DNA of 64,000 bases, taken from contig NC_045697.1 of assembly GCF_009834535.1 (NCBI RefSeq), forward strand, positions 48,858,001-48,922,000, written 5' to 3'. Position 1 is the first letter of the stretch. Every line of letters begins with the position of its first letter. The notes below the pieces were generated by a model, which saw only the letters and a list, made by a program, of their open reading frames with translations, had not been told where the DNA came from and did no database searches. The position numbers and the translations under genes are program-made. Origin of the DNA: Camelus ferus (Eukaryota). This document shows positions 25,431 to 36,702 of the stretch, in pieces.

Positions 25431-26649
25431 ATTTTTTAATTATACATAAAGTAGGGACAATGAAATAAAGTAAAATTAGTAAAAGTTCGTCCCAGGAACT
25501 ATATGTGGCTCTCAGTTTCTATGAAATGAATAAGCATTTCTTGGACCCCAGAACTAACTACTGGAATTGAAACAAAACAGAGAAATACCCCCATGATTTG
25601 CGTTGAGTGACATGAGAGTACAGATATGACACCTCCCTTTCTCATCAACTGCTTCTCACCTAACTCCAAATTGCTAGGTTCATACTGTGAAAAACTCCTT
25701 TTTCAGGTCATAAGACGATGTGTGCATTGTAGTAGAAGAAAGAACACTGGATGAAGAGTCAGGAATCCTGTGCCCTAATCTGGACTCTGGCCCTTTCTAT
25801 CTGTAGGGCCTGGATGAGTCTCTCCAGTATAACATGTCCTGTGGGTCATCTTTTCTCGCTTAAGATGACCAACAAGGAAAATTCCATAGTTTTAGTCTAA
25901 ATTGGAATACATACACAACAGTTACTATTTAAAATTATATAATCACTTTCTTTTATTATTTTCTAAATAGAAGATATATTATTTCTTTTCCAAGGTTCAT
26001 AACCTGGATGAAAAGCCCAAGAACAGAGGTGGAAGCAGTGTGGTGTATAAAAACTGGGAGCTCTAGGGTCAACCCAATGTAGGTAGAGTCTCACTTCCAA
26101 TACTGGGTGATCTCAGGCAAAATACACGTCATCTCTGAGTATCCATCTCTTTCACCTAAATACAGGAACAAGAAGAGTAGCCACACAGAGTTAGTGTGAG
26201 GATGATAGCAGCTGACACATTGATGTTTCCTTGCACATAGCATAAAAGTGTTTCCTGAATTATGAGGCTCTGTGGTTTTATGGAATAAGTTTAATGTGTT
26301 TCTGACTGTTTCCACCACAAGAATAAATGTGTTAGCCACTGCAGAGACCAAGGGGAAGAAATTTGCTAGAAGGAGAGAGGTTATTTACTTAAAGTCAAAG
26401 AACAGGAGTTAACTTGATTTAAAGTGAAATAGGAGACATTCTCTCCTTTGGATGGAAGTTTTTATTTCAGAGAGTGGTCTCCAGGCAGGAAGTTACACAG
26501 TGGCACCTTATGGACCATCCAAATGAGCTGCAAGCCCCTGCAAACCTAGATGTGATCACAGTTTTTGATTTACTGCTCAATGGATAAAAGGAACTGATCT
26601 CAAAGGTAGGATAAAAGTCAAGCTTCACTGAAGCCACCTTCAGTCACTC

Positions 26650-27087
26650 AACAAATTATTATCTTGCAGTTGTAGAGGTCAGAAGTCTAAAATGCTCTCA
26701 CTGGGCTAACACCAAGGTGTTATCACAGCTGTGTTCTTTCAGGCGACTCTAGGGAAGAATCCATTTCTTCCCTTTTCTAGCTTCTGGAGGCTGCCCATGG
26801 CTCATGGCCCCTTTCCTTCATCTTCAAATCCAGCATTGGCCAGTTGAGTCTTTCCCATGCTGCTCCAATCTGACATTGATTCTCCTGACTCCTTTCATTT
26901 ATGAGGACCCTTGTGATTACACTGGGCCCACCCAGACAATCTAGGAGAATCTCCCCAAAGTCAACTGATTAGTAACCTTAATTCCATCTGCAATCTTAAT
27001 TCCCCTTTGCCATGTAACATATTTCCTGGTTTCAAGGATTAAGATGTAGACAACTTTGAGGAAGAGGGTGTTAGCCTACCTACCATA
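26650..27087 (-). mobile_element. MaLR LTR (MLT1D-like)
   Basis: gtagaggtcagaagtctaaaat...ctagcttctggaggctgccc...gacccttgtgattacactgggccc...ccttaattccatctgcaa. Confidence 0.8.
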
Positions 27088-27089
27088 AC

Positions 27090-27290
27090 CACTAACTAGC
27101 TGTGTGATGTTAGGCAAAGTTATTCCTTTCCTCTGAACCACAGTTTACTTTCCAGAAAAATAGGGAAGGTGATGATAATAGCACCTACCCCTGGGGATTA
27201 TTGAGAGAATGAAAGTAAATTATGATAATGAATGAAAAGCTTAGCACAGTACCTGACACAAAGTAAGGGATCAATAAATGTTAGCATTTG
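27090..27290 (+). mobile_element. MIR SINE
   Basis: ccactaactagctgtgtgatgttaggcaaagtta...gcttagcacagtacctgacacaaagtaag...aataaatgttagc. Confidence 0.8.
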
Positions 27291-28571
27291 TCATCATCAC
27301 CACCACCACCACCATCATCATCGTTTACGGGGGGAAGCAGGTAAAGAGGTTATACACACTCAGTCCTCCACTCCTTACTGCAGGCAGTAGAACGAGTTTC
27401 ATCACAGAGAACCTCCTGCTTTTCCCCATCCTTCCTTTGCCCCCCTCACCCCCCATTTCAGGACACTGAAGCAGGAGCAAGCACAGCAAACACGACTGAC
27501 AGACAAGGGACCACTGCACTCCAAGTTGAGTCCTTTGAGCTTCTGGTGTTTGAACTCCGTAGGGTAGCTCTTCCATCTTAGAAAGAGATTTATGAGGTAG
27601 TTCTAGCCCCAGATCAGTTTCCCAGAGTCCTCTGAACGCATGGAGGTGCCCTGGGACCCCTAGGCTGTAACAAGGGCAAAACTCCCCAGTTCCTGGAGTG
27701 TGTGTCCGTGTGCTCGTGTGTGCCCACTGTGTGAATCCTTGCCTTCTCAGACAGTGCGCTGGGATTGTTCTCCCTCTCCATGGAGCCCCGGAGCCCCTTC
27801 GGTCATGATGTGCTGCACCCCAGTGAACTACACTGAACTTCAAAGAGGGGAGGGGCCAGGCCCGTTCAGGGAACAAGAGGTCGAGGCTACTAGACCCCAG
27901 CTAGGCTTCAATCCCCTGTTTCTGCGCCATTCAAATCAAAGACTTTGGCAACCCCTTTATTTAGACTTTAAGGCATTTATTTATATTTTACTCCATTCCT
28001 TAAATAATTTTAGTCATCTTAGTTGGCATGGTTATTCCAAGTTCCTAAGACAGACTCTTTCAATGGCCCCATTTGTTTACATTCAAGTCATAGTGTTTTC
28101 ATTCATTAGACTGGTTCTGTTATATTTATTCATGGAAATATAACATATTATGTGTAACATATATATATATGTATAGAACATCTATTAAAATATACATGTA
28201 CAGAATGTGTATCTAAACCATTTTACAAATGAGAGAAAGAGAACTTCTTTTCATTAACCACATCAATGGAGAGCTTGGATCTTGGGAAAATAAATAAAAT
28301 CTACAAATCACATGTAGATTTCATGTATTTCATAAGTATATGGAGTAAGTTCACTTCCTGTTACCAATAAACTAGGACTAGGAGTCATAGGACAATAAAT
28401 TTGTACACATAGGCATGTACATGCTTTATCTCATTTTAGCAATTTCCGACTCTTCCTTTTTCAAATGGGTATCACAGTTTCTGACACACTAACATGATCA
28501 GGCTTTAGTTTCATCTTCTCCTATTTTCCCTACTCTTCATCTGTGAGAAATTTCAGTGATTAAAAATTAAA

Positions 28572-28615
28572 AACATTGTAAATCAACTATACTTCAATTA
28601 AAGAAACAACAAACT
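28572..28615 (+). mobile_element. Extremely truncated L1 3' tip
   Basis: aacattgtaaatcaactatacttcaattaaa is the same terminus as the copies ending at 576, 8088 and 25430. Confidence 0.65.
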
Positions 28616-29269
28616 AAAATCAGTGGCAGCAAGAAGAAAAATGACAAATCTCTAGATGTTTTGAATGTTTGATCATCCATTCCAAAAAAAAAAAAAAAAA
28701 GCCTTAGCTATCATATCTCTAGCACTTAGTAAATATGCCCTAGTTCTGCTGTTCTAGGACGAGTTTCATGGGTGCCTAATGGTTCAATCTTAGGCCAGAT
28801 ATTCTTTTGCTTCCCAAGGAAAAGTCCACTTGAGCCAGAGAAACATTATGGAATAATTTATTTTAACCTCATGAACTATTTGTTCTCCAAAGTTTTCTAA
28901 AGTTTCCCCTAGGTTTTTTGATTTATGATATTAAGAAAGCTTTGACTTGCAACCAGCAGAACTGTAGTGTGACAGGGTGGCTATTCTCATTGCTGTGATC
29001 TTAGAGGGACTGACTATTTGTCTCTGTGAAGGAATCCTTAGGGGTGGCTGAGCTAGAAGGACACCAGGTAATAAAACTCACACAGGCTGACCTCCTGTAG
29101 GAGATAACAATAGCATTCAATTAGGCTACCATTGTGAACTACCAACATTTTCAAGCTGCATAACATTCCGAGGCCAGAAAGATACCTGAGCAAGAACCGG
29201 TAAAAAGATTTCTTCACTCAGGAGTTCTGAACAATGATTTATTGACTTACCTTCCGCCGCAGCCATATC

Positions 29270-29490
29270 ATGGTTAAGCTCTGGAAGCAGACTGCTCGGG
29301 TTCAAATCCTGCCCCCAAGCTTAGAAGCTATGTGACCTTCAACCAGCTATTTGACCTCTCTATGCTTGTCTCCCACTCTGTGAGATAAGGTTAATAATAC
29401 CTTTCATAGGATGGTTTTGAGGATTAAGTTAATGCATGTAAAGTGTTTAGAAAGATGCCATTTGGTAAATACCCAGTAATTGTTAGTTTC
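29270..29490 (+). mobile_element. MIR SINE
   Basis: ggttaagctctggaagcagactgctcgggttcaaatcctg...gctatgtgacctt...gaggattaag. Confidence 0.8.
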
Positions 29491-30757
29491 TCTCAGTACC
29501 TTATACTCTCTTACAAAAATTAAGAATACTAATACCTCTTTTCTATACCTCACAGGTTCTTTTAAAGGGTAAGATTAGAAAAATTTTGTAAAGCACTTTG
29601 AGACACATAACCTGGTACATTAAAGTAAACTATTAGAATGATTCTACACCAATCCAGAAGACAGCTTGATAATTTCAACCATCCCTAGTCAGAAGCTTCT
29701 GATCAGAAGTCAGACATTAAAACTGCTAGAAGCTGGAAATAAAACATTAGAAGCAATATTAGCATAAAGGCAAAAGAAGGAAAAACAGAAAGAGGGAAAA
29801 GAACATCGCTGGTCCGCCTACTCTCTGTTAGGGGCGTGACATGTATAATATCGTCTAATTCTCACCAACACTAATGAGGTAGGTATTTTGTTGACAACAA
29901 AACTAAGACCCAGAAGATTAAATAAGCTGCCCAAGGTCACAAAGTAATAAATAGCAGAGCCAAAGTCCAAACCCAGATCTGTCCAAAGACAAAACCCATC
30001 AACATTCTCCCACCCAACTATAAAACAGGTAGCACCTTACCTCATCAAAAAACTAAAGCCATTTCCTGTGCTCATGTAACTAAACAACAGAAAGGCCAAT
30101 GTGATGACAGTGAACAAGGAACACAGCATACTGGTCGCTATGGCCCTCCCCTCCACTAGTGGGCAACAGATTCTGGGGAAACTCACTGAGAGGAGACCCT
30201 CATACAGTGCCAGGGACTCCTCCCGAGTCAGCTCTCCACTGCCTGGCTGCACCCGCAGAGATGGCCAAGTGAACAGACAATGTTGCCAGAAAAAGAATAA
30301 ATATGTGTTGCATGAATGAAGGAAAAGTACAGCAGACCCTTAATAATTAAGGATATTTTGTCCTTCACAAGTACTCAAATTCCATACGGTCTTTCTAACT
30401 GACTCCCCTAGCCAACCTCAGCTTTGAACTGCCTGCTACCAGACTCCCACCTGCTCTGATGCTTCCTTGTTGCAGTCATCTGCAAACCCTCAGGTCACTC
30501 CTCCTCATTCCCTGAAGAGTCTCACCCACTGGCTAACTGCCAGCCTCTCACCAACATTACTCCTGCCGGCACCAGCATTACTCGTACCGGCAGGAGTAAT
30601 GATAACCTCAGATGACCCTCCATCCTCCTTCACTCCCTCCTCCATGCCCTTGTGGCTCCTCATTTCCAAAGTCAGACCCTAGCTGTGTCATTACCTACAT
30701 GCACACCCTCCATAATCCCAATTTCAAGCATCCCACTCTCTCACCACCACCTCGTAT

Positions 30758-31508
30758 CTTTTTTTTTTTTTTTTTTTGGTAACAGCTTTATTGACATGTA
30801 ATTCATATACCATAAAATTCAGCCTTTTAAAGTGATCAATTCAATGGTTGTAGTGTATTCACAGAATTGTGCCACCATTACCACAATCAACTATAGAATA
30901 TTTTAGTCATCTCCCCTCAAAAAACACCATACCTATTAGCCTTCACCACCCTTCCCAGTTCACCCATTGCTCCCAGTCTAGGCAACCACCAATCTACTTG
31001 ATGTCTCTATGTATTCATCTATTTTGAATATTTTATAGCACACAACACCTGGTCTTTTGTGCCTAGTGTCTTTCCCTTAGTATGTTTTCAAGGTTTATTC
31101 AAATTGTAGCAAGATGAAGTATCAGAACTTCATTCCTTTTTATTGCCAAATACTACTCTATTTTATTTATCTTCATCAGTTGATGGACATTTGGGTTATT
31201 TCCACTTTGGTGCTATTAGGAATAATGCTGCAATAAACATTTGTGTGAGACTTTTTATGTGATGTATGCTTTCACTTCTCTTGGATCTATGCCTAGAAGT
31301 GGAATTGCTGGGTCATATGGTAACTCCGTGTTGAAAATTTTGAGAAATTGCCAGACTGTTTTCCAAAGTCACTGTACCCTTCTATAATCTCAGCAGCTGT
31401 TCGAATTTCTCTACATCCTCCTCAACACTTATTATCTGTCTCTGTTATTACAGACATCCTGGTGGATATGAACTGATATCTCCTTGTGGTTTGAATTTGC
31501 ATTTCCCC
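30758..31508 (-). mobile_element. Old L1 3' end (L1MB-like) inserted into L2
   Basis: Poly-T then aacagctttattgacatgtaattcatataccataaaattc...gatggacatttgggtt...gtggaattgctgggtcatatggtaactc...tgtggtttgaatttgcatttccc. Confidence 0.88.
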
Positions 31509-32069
31509 CTCCTCTCTTTTCAGTTTATTTGTTCTAATACTCTGACTCCAACAAATTTTTATTCCATTTATTGGTCCTCTGGCTCCTTCAGTGCTTCTTA
31601 CACATTTCAAAGACATGCTCACCTTCCTTTTTTATCCTTCTTCCATGTCCAGGGACTACCGTCATAATCAGTTATTTGCATAAACCCTCAGCTCTTTTGC
31701 TCTTCACTTTATTCTGTATACTCAGTCGGCAAAAACCCCAGGCTTGGATGAATCAAGCTCTCGTCCACCTACTCTGCACTCTTATCTGCACAGATGAAAG
31801 TAGCTGGTCTCAGTTTAAATCCATGACATTTAACCTTAAGTCAGCCCTTAATGCTACTTGGCAATTCTAAATCCATCCATTTGGCAATCCCAAAGTCATT
31901 CTTTCTTCCACTTCCCTGGTCAATTTCATAGCTTTGTCAACTTCAATCCTTCACCATTATCTTCACGCTGACTTTGCTTCTTGTGTCACCAAGAAAAGAA
32001 ATGCAACCAGAAGGCAACTCCCTAAACTCAAACCACCATATGGGCCTCTCTATTTATATATACTTTATT

Positions 32070-32140
32070 CGAGGTCCTGGGTTCAATGCCCAGTACTTCC
32101 TTTAAAAATAGATTAATTAAATACATGCATACATACATGC
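32070..32140 (+). mobile_element. 5'-truncated Vic-1-like SINE
   Basis: gaggtcctgggttcaatgcccagtacttcc followed by an A-rich tail. Confidence 0.75.
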
Positions 32141-34159
32141 ACTTTATCATCTTTTCTGTTATTAGGGACAGACAAGCTATAGTGATGGTCCCATTTATGT
32201 ACAAGATCCCATCCTTCACTACACTACTCCTATGCTCTCTCTATTCCAGGGATTTTCCCCTCTCAGGCTTTATCACATTTTCCCACTCTTTTGGATTATT
32301 CTCATTACTGAAAACCATTCTATTATTACTCCCATCTTTAAAAAAAAGCAAACCTTCTAATCCTACACCTTCCTTTCCTTTCTCTCTATACCCTGAATCT
32401 CAGGTTCCAGACTCATATATTTAATTGCCTGCTGTTGGATGTTTATCTAGCATCTTAAACTTTACAAGGCTAAAATTAAACTCCTGGTGTTCCCCCGAAC
32501 TTGCTTTTTTATGGCAAATAGCATCACTATCTTCCAACTTCTCAGACCAAAAACCTTAAGACGTCTCTCATACATTACACACTGAATCTATCAGCAAAGC
32601 CTAAACTGCCACCCCAAGAATGCGTTCACACTCTGACCACTTCTCACCACCTACACTGAGAAAAGAAAAAGGATATTTAAACTTTGAGGTTCTCCTAAAG
32701 GCCGGGGTCTAGTTGCTCATTATTTGGTTTAATCTTCATAACCTATGGGATGAGAATGATTACATATACATTTTACAGATGAGATAACAGAGGCACTGAG
32801 GGACTAACCAATCTCTAGTAAACAGTGGAGTTTGATGTCTAATAAAAAATCTAGCCTCCAAAGCCATCCTTGGCCCACTACATCACAGATTCCAGCTCCC
32901 TATTTAGTTGAGAGCAAGTTGGGAATGGATGCCATTACAAAATTTAAATATTTACAATAGTAGATAACTCAATATGGCTTATTTTTATAAATTCTTCACC
33001 TTGACTCTCCCTTAAGATGAAATTTCCGTGTGCTCAATTGCTTGTTAATTAGATTCCAGGGATTCCTGGCAATCTCTCAATTAATCATCTGGGATCACTT
33101 TTGCATGATAAAAATTCCATCAAGTGGCCCACTGCACACAGACGCTTGTCAGCAAATTCACTCCTTCCAGCTGCTGCTAAGGAGGCATAAACAGAAGTTC
33201 CCGCCAGTGAAGGAAATGCAAGAAAGGTAATTTGTTAATGGCTTTACTCAACAGTGCCATTTCCAAAAGTCCACGCTGGGTGGCCCAAATAGTTAGAAGT
33301 CCATGTTCTGTAGACCTTTTAAGATGAATTGTAACCCTGGGCTTTGGGCAGATGCCTGAGAGAGCCCGGGGTGTCCAGCTCCCCCTGTTGCTATGCTGCT
33401 GTAACCCACCCCCACGTTCACGATCTTTCAATTATCAGCTCGGTCTGTCTTCCTCCCCCGCTGGCCTGTTCTTCTCCCCTGACCTCTGACTTACGTATTT
33501 GCTTTTCCCTGTCTGGAATCCTTGCTCAAACTAACATCAATCACTCAAAAATGGTGCAGTGAGGAGGGAGATGAATGTAGGGGAACAGTGACAACCCAGC
33601 GACATATACGGAACTGTTTGCACCCTGCCTCCCGGCCAGCCTCTCCCTCCTTATTTCATAGTGGTGGGTTATTCATTAAATGACCATGAGCCAGCAGGGA
33701 GAGGCTGGTTTCTGTTATAGGTTGGTTTTCTACAAACATTCAATCAGCTTAATAAAATAGCCGACTTAAAGTGTCTACTCCATTCTGGTTTCTACTTCCT
33801 ACAGTTGAAGTGTAGGAATTAATTACATGGTGGTCAGGATACTGTGGAGCAGTCCCCTAAGTCTTATTAATTGCCATCAGTATAACTAGAACTTCCAGTT
33901 GGACATGTTCCCCAAGTGCTAATTAGTTTTCAGTTAATCAACTTCATACAAATAATAATCTTGAGAGATCAGTTAGCATTGTACCCATTTTACAAAGGAG
34001 GAGTGTGAACTCACTTGCCCGAAGTCCAATATTCACTGTGGGGAATTCAGACTCAGTTTAACTCCAAAGTCCACTAGGCAATAACCCTCCCCTACAATGG
34101 CTAGCAACACCCAATGGAAATATTAATTTCTTTCTATATGTACTGGTTTATATGTATAT

Positions 34160-34190
<31 letters not shown>

Positions 34191-34649
34191 GAACCTCCTC
34201 TGTCCTGGGCTCAGAAGATACAAAAACATTTGATTTTCACTCCCTTGTAATCTAGTTGAAATGAAAGCCTATAGAAAAGGAAGACAACTAGCATAGCAAG
34301 GTGGCATACCCAAGTGGCAAACATGAATTAGAAACAGGAAATTCAGTGTGTGTTCAGACCAGAGAGAAACCACTGAGGCCAGGCAGGATGAGGATGGTCC
34401 TTTGTGGGGAAGGGGTGTTGACCTGGACCTTGAAACCTCTTAGGCCATTTGCTGTTGGGTCTTAAATTATATAAAACTTAGGCCAGAGAGGAAATCTTCT
34501 CCATGGTTCCTAAGGAGGATATTAAAACAGGGACAATGGAGTATGCGTCATGTTGAGGGCCATGATTTTCCTTGCAGAAGCATGCTGATGGGTCATGGGC
34601 TCTGTGTGCTTTGCACGAGCTACAAAACTGCCTTAGTGTCTAGATAGTA

Positions 34650-34714
34650 CTTGTTGTTCATCTGAAATTCACATTTAACTCAATGTATTTTTATTTGCTA
34701 AATCTGGCACCCCT
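34650..34714. mobile_element. MER53-like half element
   Basis: ttgttcatctgaaattcacatttaact...tatttttatttgctaaatctggcacccct. Confidence 0.65.
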
Positions 34715-35139
34715 AGTCTCTCTACCTCATTCTAGGCTGCCTTCCTTGAATGTTTTTTTTTATTGACTTTGAAAAGAAGAACCTTCGGAAAGGGGAAGGT
34801 GACAGTTCAACTTTGGAGGCCAGGACCCTGATTTGGTCGTTGCAGCCAGAGGTGAGTTCAAGGGGGAAAACCTCACAGGAATCAAACTCATACAAGACTG
34901 TCACGCATATCCAAAGCAATCAGACTCGTGGTGTTCCAAACCACCACACCTTTGCCCGGTTCCCAGGATGCCCTTCTTCCCACTTCTCACTGTTTGCTTA
35001 GTAAACTCATCCGTTTATTTTTTATTCAGCTGATTCATTCAGTGAGTCAGTCCATATCTGTTAAGCAGCTGCTGTGTGCCATGGGCTGTTTTGGGAGCTG
35101 ATCACCTATACTTTCCCTGCTGTTCGAGCAACAAAATCA

Positions 35140-35390
35140 TGATAATTGCCAATATTTTTAGGATTTTCCATGAGCTAGGCACTGGATTAAGTGCTTTATA
35201 TCTATTAAGTCATTTAATCTTCACATCACACTATGATGTGTTTATTATTATTATTCAACTTTGACCAATAAGGACATTGAGACATAATGAGGTTAAAAAA
35301 AAAGAACTAACAAACAAAAAAACCCCACTTGTTTCCATTAACAGTTAATTAATGTTGGAGTCAGGATTTGAATCTGGTTTCCAGAGCCTG
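35140..35390 (-). mobile_element. MIR SINE
   Basis: ctaggcactggattaagtgcttta...catttaatcttcac...tgagacataatgaggttaa...caggatttgaatc. Confidence 0.65.
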
Positions 35391-35443
35391 TATATTGTCT
35401 TAACATAATATTAAACTACCTTCTCTTTAAAATCTTCCCCTCT

Positions 35444-36702
35444 GGGACAGAGAGACGGAGAAGATGGCGGAGTAGAAGAACGCTCGCAGGTCACCCTCTC
35501 CCACAAATACACCAAGACCCACATCTACAGACCCACTCAGCCAACCAGAGCACCTGCGGAACTCTGAGAGAACATAGCCCTCTTCAAAAGATAAAGACGC
35601 CAAAAATCTGGTAGGAGAAAAGGAAAAAAGAAAGAACAAAAGCAAAGCAAGATGGCTGGTGTGCCCTGGGTGGAGGAGCGCTGTAGCCCTTGTCTCCTCA
35701 GACCTGCGCCGTCATTACTGGTGCTTCTCCCGAGAAGAGAGGCGGGGCGCAGCCACAGCTGCCATCTCCTCCTGTGTGCAGCACCTGGGTGGGGGCGGGG
35801 GCTGTGGCGGGGCCAAGCCCTGAATCCGCACCCGGGGGCTCTGCAACCTCCTAGGCAGGACTGACACTTGTTTACAGCCCGAGGCAGATAGGATCTTTCT
35901 GCCCTGGCACCTCAGAGAACTCGCGCTGCCAAGACAAACAAGGAGTTGATTTGACACAGAGCGGGACTGGGCCGTTTTGCGGTCTTCCCTGATCCCGCCT
36001 TCAGAGCACTGACCGGAGGCGGAGTGGGTAGCTGCACAGAGCAGCAGGCAGCAACTGCTTTCCTGGCAGGTGAGGAGGGGCAGCAACCCGCTTTCCTGGC
36101 AGGAACGCAGCACCTGACCACCATGCTGGGAGGGGGCACGATCCACCCACCTGCCTCGCCTGAGCCCAGTATCTGACTGTGGCATCGGGAGGGGGAGTGA
36201 CCCGCCCACCCACCAGGTAAGACCTCAGCACCTGACCCAGTGTTGGGAGGGGGCGCGATCTGCTAGCCAGCAGCCACTGGGAGCAGCACAGATGAGGGCG
36301 CCAACCAAGGGCCTCTGGAAATGGCAAGCTGAGTTTGCGAAAAAGAGCAAAGACACAAAGACCTCTCAATAAAATCATTAGGAGCACACTGTCTCCAGGA
36401 GAACTAGAAAACTGATACTCCTTAAGCCACAGTGCCAGAGAGATATGAGCGATATGAAGAAGCAGAGGAACCACTCCCAATTAAAAGATTAAGAGAAATC
36501 CCCAGAAAGCACGATCAAGGAAATAGACACTGATGGCCTACTAGATCAAGATTTCAAAAAAGGAGTGATAAAAGTATTGAAGGAACTAAAAGAAATAGTG
36601 TTTAGAGATACAAAATATGTCAAAAATGAAATAGAAGCTATAAAGAAGAACCAAGTAGAATTAGTAAACTCATTTGCTGAGATGAGAGCTGACCTAAAGA
36701 CT
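35444..36702 (+). mobile_element. L1 unit 1: about 1-kb 5'UTR plus 3'-truncated ORF1
   Basis: Begins gggacagagagacggagAAGATGGCGG (YY1-type motif). ORF1 ATG at 36445 (MSDMKKQRNHSQLKD*EKSPES...EMRADLKT) is homologous to ORF1 at 38417 and is cut at 36702. Confidence 0.9.

Larger units (their letters stand above)
30460..32660 (+). mobile_element. Degraded L2 body interrupted by an L1 and a SINE
   Basis: Pyrimidine-rich L2-like segments (atcccactctctcaccaccacctc...; aaaaccccaggcttggatgaatc; ccagactcatatatttaattgcct...gcatcttaaact; ctctgaccacttctcaccacc). Confidence 0.6.

Noticed and set aside
29245..30187. Strong minus-strand donors (AAG|GTAAGT at 29251, GAG|GTAAGG at 30041) as cryptic SHROOM3 exons
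   Set aside because: Such motifs are expected by chance in 64 kb; no homology or convincing paired exon.
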